Shown here: positions 59,292-64,000 of the stretch, in pieces
How positions within the stretch are numbered: position 1 is the stretch's first letter
Layout of the letters: each line of letters begins with the position of its first letter
The notes under the pieces: generated by a model
What the model was told of the DNA's origin: nothing
Database searches by the model: none
What the model saw: the letters and a program-made list of their open reading frames with translations, nothing else
From: Promethearchaeota archaeon
GTDB taxonomy: Archaea > Asgardarchaeota > Lokiarchaeia > Sigyniarchaeales > SOKP01
Length of the DNA: 64,000 bases
Assembly (NCBI GenBank): GCA_048940445.1
Contig: JBHLON010000014.1
Span: 1-64,000, forward strand
Direction of reading: 5' to 3'
Translations under genes and position numbers: made by a program

Positions 59292-60620
59292 TCAATCACC
59301 AATTTTTACTTTTACCTTCTCTATTAAACGTTCTAATATTTCTTTATCTGAAAGAGTTTCACCGGGAGCATTCTTTACTTTTCTTAATCGTAAGGGAACT
59401 TTATCCATTCTATACGCGGTACCCTCACACTCTATTCCTGCAAACGCCGCAGGGAGTACTACATCGGCAAAGGCTGAAGTAGGGGTTTCATGGGGCTCAA
59501 TGGCAATGAGAGGATGTTTAAACATGTTCTTCACTGCAGCTGCCGGAAAATTACTTGCAGGATCGGATGCTACAATTAAAGCTGCATCTACTTCGTCTCT
59601 CATAAATAGATCAACAGAAGAAAACTCTCCTGGATTATATCGGGGATATCCTCTTGAAAAATCAATAGAATATGCATAACCTGTATTCCATGTAAACACT
59701 TGGTTAGCTCCAGTAACATTATAGTGTCCTCGCATAGGTTCTAGTAAAAATTTTGTATAATCATTTAATTCTCTTGTTAAGCAAATTGCAGCATCAATAT
59801 TCCTATGATGACCTAACGTCTGAGTCAATCCCATCCCGAAAAATATTACTCCAAATTTACATGATTTTATAATTTCGACCAATTCTTTTATTTTGTCAAT
59901 AGGTACACCCGAAACTTCTTTTGCATCTAATTCAACACCCCTAACCACCGCTCGTATGGCATTTAGTAATTCATAATCTTCATTAGGATTAATCTGGATA
60001 AATAAATCTGCAATTTGAGCAGTATGAGTGTTTCTTGGATCAACTACAACGATATATCTGTCATTTCTTCCGTCCTTTCTAAAATATCCTCTTACAAATT
60101 CACTATATCTTCCTAAATGCCTTGGATGGGCGTGAACGGGATTAGAACCCCAAAATATTACTAAATCTGCCCTATTTTTATATTCACCTAAAGTCGATAA
60201 AGGAGCTCCCACATCTTGAATTGCTAATAAGGAAGGACCATGACAAACTGAAGCTGTATTATCTAATATTGCTCCTAAAATTTCAGCTAGCTCAACTCCT
60301 TTACTTTGTGCTTCACATTCAGTAGATGAGAATCCATAGAGTAAAGGGCGTTTTGCTTTTATTAATAAATCCGCTGCCTTATCTAATGCCTCATCCCAAG
60401 AGACTTCTTTATACGTTCCATTCGCTTTGATCTTAGGTTTAAGATATCTATGACCACTTGGATTTGAAGAGAAATACTTTTTGGTTCCAATCTGGCACCC
60501 ATTTCTTACTTCAATTACTGAATCTGTTTTGATATCAATATCAACTTCAAGATCATCACAAAGAGTTCCACAGAAAGGGCATACAACATCATAAACAGTT
60601 TTAATTTTTTTTTCTACCAT
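59292..60620 (-). CDS. fwdB: Formylmethanofuran dehydrogenase subunit B (Cys form)
   Basis: CPFCGTLCDD, VCHGPS, NRAD, HAHPRH, MRGHYNV, GTAYRMD. Confidence 0.95.
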   Translation of the reverse strand: MVEKKIKTVYDVVCPFCGTLCDDLEVDIDIKTDSVIEVRNGCQIGTKKYFSSNPSGHRYLKPKIKANGTYKEVSWDEALDKAADLLIKAKRPLLYGFSSTECEAQSKGVELAEILGAILDNTASVCHGPSLLAIQDVGAPLSTLGEYKNRADLVIFWGSNPVHAHPRHLGRYSEFVRGYFRKDGRNDRYIVVVDPRNTHTAQIADLFIQINPNEDYELLNAIRAVVRGVELDAKEVSGVPIDKIKELVEIIKSCKFGVIFFGMGLTQTLGHHRNIDAAICLTRELNDYTKFLLEPMRGHYNVTGANQVFTWNTGYAYSIDFSRGYPRYNPGEFSSVDLFMRDEVDAALIVASDPASNFPAAAVKNMFKHPLIAIEPHETPTSAFADVVLPAAFAGIECEGTAYRMDKVPLRLRKVKNAPGETLSDKEILERLIEKVKVKIGD

Positions 60621-60623
60621 TCT

Positions 60624-61019
60624 TTATGCCCCTCTTAATTTTCCTATTAATTCTAAAGCATTTAAAACCCGACCATTTTTCATAACTTCTACTTTAGCTT
60701 TCATTCCTTTATAAGTAGGTGTCCCGCATGCTTGAGAATCTGGATTAACTAATCGATTTGCCCATGGTCCCAACGGGATAAATATAATTCCTGGATGAGG
60801 TCCTTCTTCAGTAATTGTAGAATAGACCACTACTTCACCATAATCGGTAATAACTTTTACTGGAGTGCCTACTAAACAATCTAATTTCTTAAAGTCTTCT
60901 TTATCAAAAGTACATATAGCAGCAGCCCGAACATTTTCCATAGTGGTTTTACCTCCCTCAAGTGCGACACCTTGATTAATGGTTCGGCCCGTTAATAAGA
61001 TTAAATTATTCAAACTCAT
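60624..61019 (-). CDS. fwdD: Formylmethanofuran dehydrogenase subunit D
   Basis: TGRTI.QG, G.IFIP.GPWAN, G.P.YKG. Confidence 0.92.
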   Translation of the reverse strand: MSLNNLILLTGRTINQGVALEGGKTTMENVRAAAICTFDKEDFKKLDCLVGTPVKVITDYGEVVVYSTITEEGPHPGIIFIPLGPWANRLVNPDSQACGTPTYKGMKAKVEVMKNGRVLNALELIGKLRGA

Positions 61020-61025
61020 CCTTGC

Positions 61026-61742
61026 TTATTCCTCCGTTTTTGTCCATCTTAACTTCTTTAATCGTTCTACTAATGGAGGCCAGAATAATTCACTAAATTC
61101 TCCTGAACTTTTTATTTCAGTAATCTCTAATTTAATAGCCCCTGTAGGACAAGCATTATCGCAGGCACCGCAGAATACGCATTTCTCTTCATCTACAACT
61201 ACATTTGGAGCTTTTTCCCATCCCTGTTCCGGTTTAGGAGGTATGGTTATAGCACCTGAAGGGCATACATCTGCGCATGTCTGACATCCGCCTGCACATT
61301 CCTCATCAACCACTCTTATTTTCCCAGTATTATACTGTTTTACAACTCGCTCTTGTCCTTCATTATTTTTTATCTTTTTGCTTTCAAATTCAAGTATGGG
61401 TACTACTTTTTCTTTCACAATTGTAATATCTTCTAAATTTACTATTTCATCATCTTTTTTAAGTGTAAGAGAGCTAAAGGGACACATATAAACACAGGTG
61501 CCACAAAAAACACACTTCTTGGGATCATAGACTTCTGGAATTATATCTTCAGTTGTAGGAAAACGTCTTGAATAACCAACTGGTCCTCTCGATATAGCTT
61601 CCTTTGGACAGACACGAGCACAAGTTCCACATCCAACACATTTTTCTCTATTAAGAATTAATTCTAAACTTTCTAAAAGGAATTTAACTTTAACTTTTTC
61701 TTCTCCCTTACTAATTACTCGAGATATTTTTGGAAATGACAT
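61026..61742 (-). CDS. Polyferredoxin (FwdF-like, 4 x [4Fe-4S])
   Basis: Four CxxCxxCxxxCP-type motifs in the fwd operon. Confidence 0.8.
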   Translation of the reverse strand: MSFPKISRVISKGEEKVKVKFLLESLELILNREKCVGCGTCARVCPKEAISRGPVGYSRRFPTTEDIIPEVYDPKKCVFCGTCVYMCPFSSLTLKKDDEIVNLEDITIVKEKVVPILEFESKKIKNNEGQERVVKQYNTGKIRVVDEECAGGCQTCADVCPSGAITIPPKPEQGWEKAPNVVVDEEKCVFCGACDNACPTGAIKLEITEIKSSGEFSELFWPPLVERLKKLRWTKTEE

Positions 61743-61745
61743 TTA

Positions 61746-62003
61746 TTAAACCTCCTCCACACATTCAATTCTAATTGCTACTTGTGGGCACATTTTAACA
61801 CACACCCCACAACCATCACAATTTATCTCACGTTCTTCTTTATAAACTGGAAATGCAATTCCATTCTTGACTAAAATTACCGCATTTTCTTTATTTAAAT
61901 AACTGTGAAGCCTTAATTGATTAAAATTTATTGGACAGCTTACTACACATGCGTTACAACCAGTACATGTGTTTCTATTTATTTTTAGATGATAAACTTG
62001 CAT
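61746..62003 (-). CDS. fwdG: 2x[4Fe-4S] ferredoxin (FwdG-like)
   Basis: CTGCNACVVSCP and CDGCGVCVKMCP; first gene of the fwd operon. Confidence 0.7.
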   Translation of the reverse strand: MQVYHLKINRNTCTGCNACVVSCPINFNQLRLHSYLNKENAVILVKNGIAFPVYKEEREINCDGCGVCVKMCPQVAIRIECVEEV

Positions 62004-62342
62004 GATATGAGAGGTTATTTATAATATCCTATGAAAAATATGTATTAAACTTAATTTTTAGAAAGTAGTGTATTTTAAAAAATTTAGTATATGAATTATT
62101 AAGTCTTAAGATTCGAAATGATATAAATTATTATAGTTTTGAAATCTCTTCTAAAAGACAGTTTAAATAATTTATAGAGAAATCCTAAGTAATTCAAAAT
62201 GAGATTAAAAAATGTCCGAAATGTATAACAAGTGCACCTTAAAGCTTTTTTAACATAATATTGATCAAATATAATAATTCAGTAAAAAGGTTTATAACGA
62301 CAACTTGGATAAATTATTATTGATAAGAGAATCCTATAAGTT

Positions 62343-63461
62343 ATGCCAAATCTAAAGTATCAATTATCCAATTTTTTTAAGCATAAATGCGCTGTATGGG
62401 AATTCACGTTAAAATGTAATAGTAAATGTATTCATTGTGGATCATCAGCTGGAAAATCTCGATTAGATGAACTCAATACAGAGGAAGCTTTAACTTTAAT
62501 TAAAGAATTAAAGTCCTGTGGATATGATGGAATTGCCTTAATGGGTGGTGAGCCATTTTTAAGGGAAGATTGGTATGATATTGCCTACGAGATTAAAAAA
62601 AAGAAAATGAAATTAACAATTGTTTCTAATGGTTTAGAGATCAAAAAAGAGATTTCGAAATTAAAAAAATTAAAAACAGATTGTATTTCTTTAAGTTTAG
62701 ATGGTGCAACTGCGAAAACTCATGATTATTTAAGGGGAATTAATGGTTCTTATGATAAAGTTTTAAGTTCTATACATTCACTTAAAAAAGAGAATCTTCC
62801 TGTTAGTATAATAACTACTGTTAGTAAAATTAATTTCAAAGAGTTAATACAGATTCGAGATTTACTGCTTAATAAAGGAATTGCTTGGCAAATTCAAATA
62901 GCAATACCAATTGGCAGATTTCCAAGAGAATTAGTAATTTCTCGAAAACAATTTTATGGTATTGCCATGTTCATAGCAATGAGTTGTAAAAAATATTCAG
63001 TAAGAGAATTACCATTAATAGGAGCTCATTGTTTTGGATATTTTTCAATTTTACTACCAGAAGTAGGATTAGAGCCTTGGATTGGTTGTCAAGCGGGTAA
63101 ATCAGTTTTAGGAATTCAGAGTAATGGAAATATTAAAGGATGCTTAACTTTATCAGATGAATTTATTAAAGGTAATATTAGAACGAGTAATCTTTCTAAC
63201 ATTATTAATAATAAATATGAATCGGATTACTATTTGCAGAAATTTGATTCAAATGATTACTGTTATAGATGTAAAATGTTTAAAAAGTGTCATGGAGGTT
63301 GTTTAGGGACAAAAATCGCATTAAATTCTCCTCAAAACCCATATTGTTTAAGAGCAATTGAGGAAGATTTATTCAAAAATGAATCTATCCCATTTAGGTG
63401 GAAAATTGATTCAAAAATTTCAAAATATAAATATTTATATCAAAAAATTTTGTTAAAATAA
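62343..63461 (+). CDS. Radical SAM/SPASM domain protein
   Basis: CNSKCIHC, GGEP, SLDG, CQAG...GNIKGC...C..C.....C.GGC. Confidence 0.9.
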   Translation: MPNLKYQLSNFFKHKCAVWEFTLKCNSKCIHCGSSAGKSRLDELNTEEALTLIKELKSCGYDGIALMGGEPFLREDWYDIAYEIKKKKMKLTIVSNGLEIKKEISKLKKLKTDCISLSLDGATAKTHDYLRGINGSYDKVLSSIHSLKKENLPVSIITTVSKINFKELIQIRDLLLNKGIAWQIQIAIPIGRFPRELVISRKQFYGIAMFIAMSCKKYSVRELPLIGAHCFGYFSILLPEVGLEPWIGCQAGKSVLGIQSNGNIKGCLTLSDEFIKGNIRTSNLSNIINNKYESDYYLQKFDSNDYCYRCKMFKKCHGGCLGTKIALNSPQNPYCLRAIEEDLFKNESIPFRWKIDSKISKYKYLYQKILLK

Positions 63462-63493
63462 AAATAAAATAAGGTATTGAGAGGAAAAATATA

Positions 63494-63751
63494 ATGATTA
63501 AAGATCTTTTTCAATTTTATACGATTGGAAAGGAATTAGGGCTTTCTAGAAAAGAAATTAATAGTATTTTGCTATTTAACAAGCGATATCCACTAATCTT
63601 AGTTATAGCGTTAATAGTTATTATTTCAGTTTTTGCAGTTCTTTTTTGGAATGTAACGCTAATATTATATGCAAAATCGACTGAACCGGTCTATCCTCGG
63701 GGAACCCTATATTCAAGTATTAGTATAAAAGATTTTAGAGATAAAAAATGA
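63494..63751 (+). CDS. Small single-TM hypothetical protein
   Basis: GAGG RBS; hydrophobic stretch; ATGA overlap with the next gene. Confidence 0.6.
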   Translation: MIKDLFQFYTIGKELGLSRKEINSILLFNKRYPLILVIALIVIISVFAVLFWNVTLILYAKSTEPVYPRGTLYSSISIKDFRDKK

Positions 63752-64000
63752 AATTAAATATTGGTTGCGGTAAGAATTTTAAGCCAGATTATTGCAATGT
63801 AGATCTATATGATGATATAGTCGCAGATAGGAAAATGTCAGCTTTAGATCTTGAGTTTGATGATTATTCTTGCCAAGAAATACAAGCAAACCATTTGATT
63901 GAACATTTAGGTTTTTATCAATCAATTTACGCTCTAAGTGAGTTTTACAGAATTCTAGAATCAGAAGGAAAATTAATTTTAGAGACCCCTGATTTAGAAA
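63748..64000 (+). CDS. Class I SAM-dependent methyltransferase (partial, runs off the window)
   Basis: MKLNIGCG...NVD...HLIEHL...EFYRIL..EGKL...PD. Confidence 0.85.
   Translation, partial: MKLNIGCGKNFKPDYCNVDLYDDIVADRKMSALDLEFDDYSCQEIQANHLIEHLGFYQSIYALSEFYRILESEGKLILETPDLE

Noticed and set aside
57858-59679. Plus-strand ORFs of 170 and 224 aa
   Set aside because: Antisense shadows of fdhD, fwdC and fwdB.
59292-60620. Selenocysteine form of FwdB
   Set aside because: The active-site position is Cys (VCHG) and the ORF is uninterrupted.
1-64000. tRNA, rRNA, integrase or transposase genes
   Set aside because: No GC-rich structured RNA segments or mobile-element motifs seen.

Overview
AT-rich archaeal DNA, most likely an Asgard archaeon (Lokiarchaeia-like). 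This is inferred from a eukaryote-type ubiquitin cluster, longin-, LRR- and LITAF-like proteins, an Arf-like GTPase and a probable selenoprotein. Housekeeping and energy genes include a GlcD/GlcF-like pair, a divergent glutamate dehydrogenase, AlaX, class II RNR, e-MtaB, hdrB, fdhD, fwdCBD with ferredoxins, and a radical SAM/SPASM enzyme. Three accessory systems stand out. (1) At ~11-30.5 kb, a repeated cassette (secreted protein, conserved hairpin, orphan family-5 solute-binding protein, convergent membrane-anchored solenoid protein) surrounds a JAB-E1-E2-ubiquitin cluster with a membrane C4C4 RING-like protein and a tandem-wHTH regulator. Six copies of a 25-bp palindrome (TTCGAACTTT-N5-AAGTTTCGAA) precede the secreted-protein genes and the ubiquitin gene, suggesting a single regulon. 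(2) At 31-46 kb, six genes encode eight membrane plus left-handed beta-helix modules in A-B-C order, resembling the three terminal repeats of Pls/PosA polymer synthetases, with a GH3/ANL-like adenylating enzyme in the middle. (3) At 38022-38495, an AhpC/Prx-like gene missed by the ORF track has an in-frame TGA exactly at the catalytic Cys position (probable selenocysteine). All family calls come from motifs read by eye; no database searches were run.
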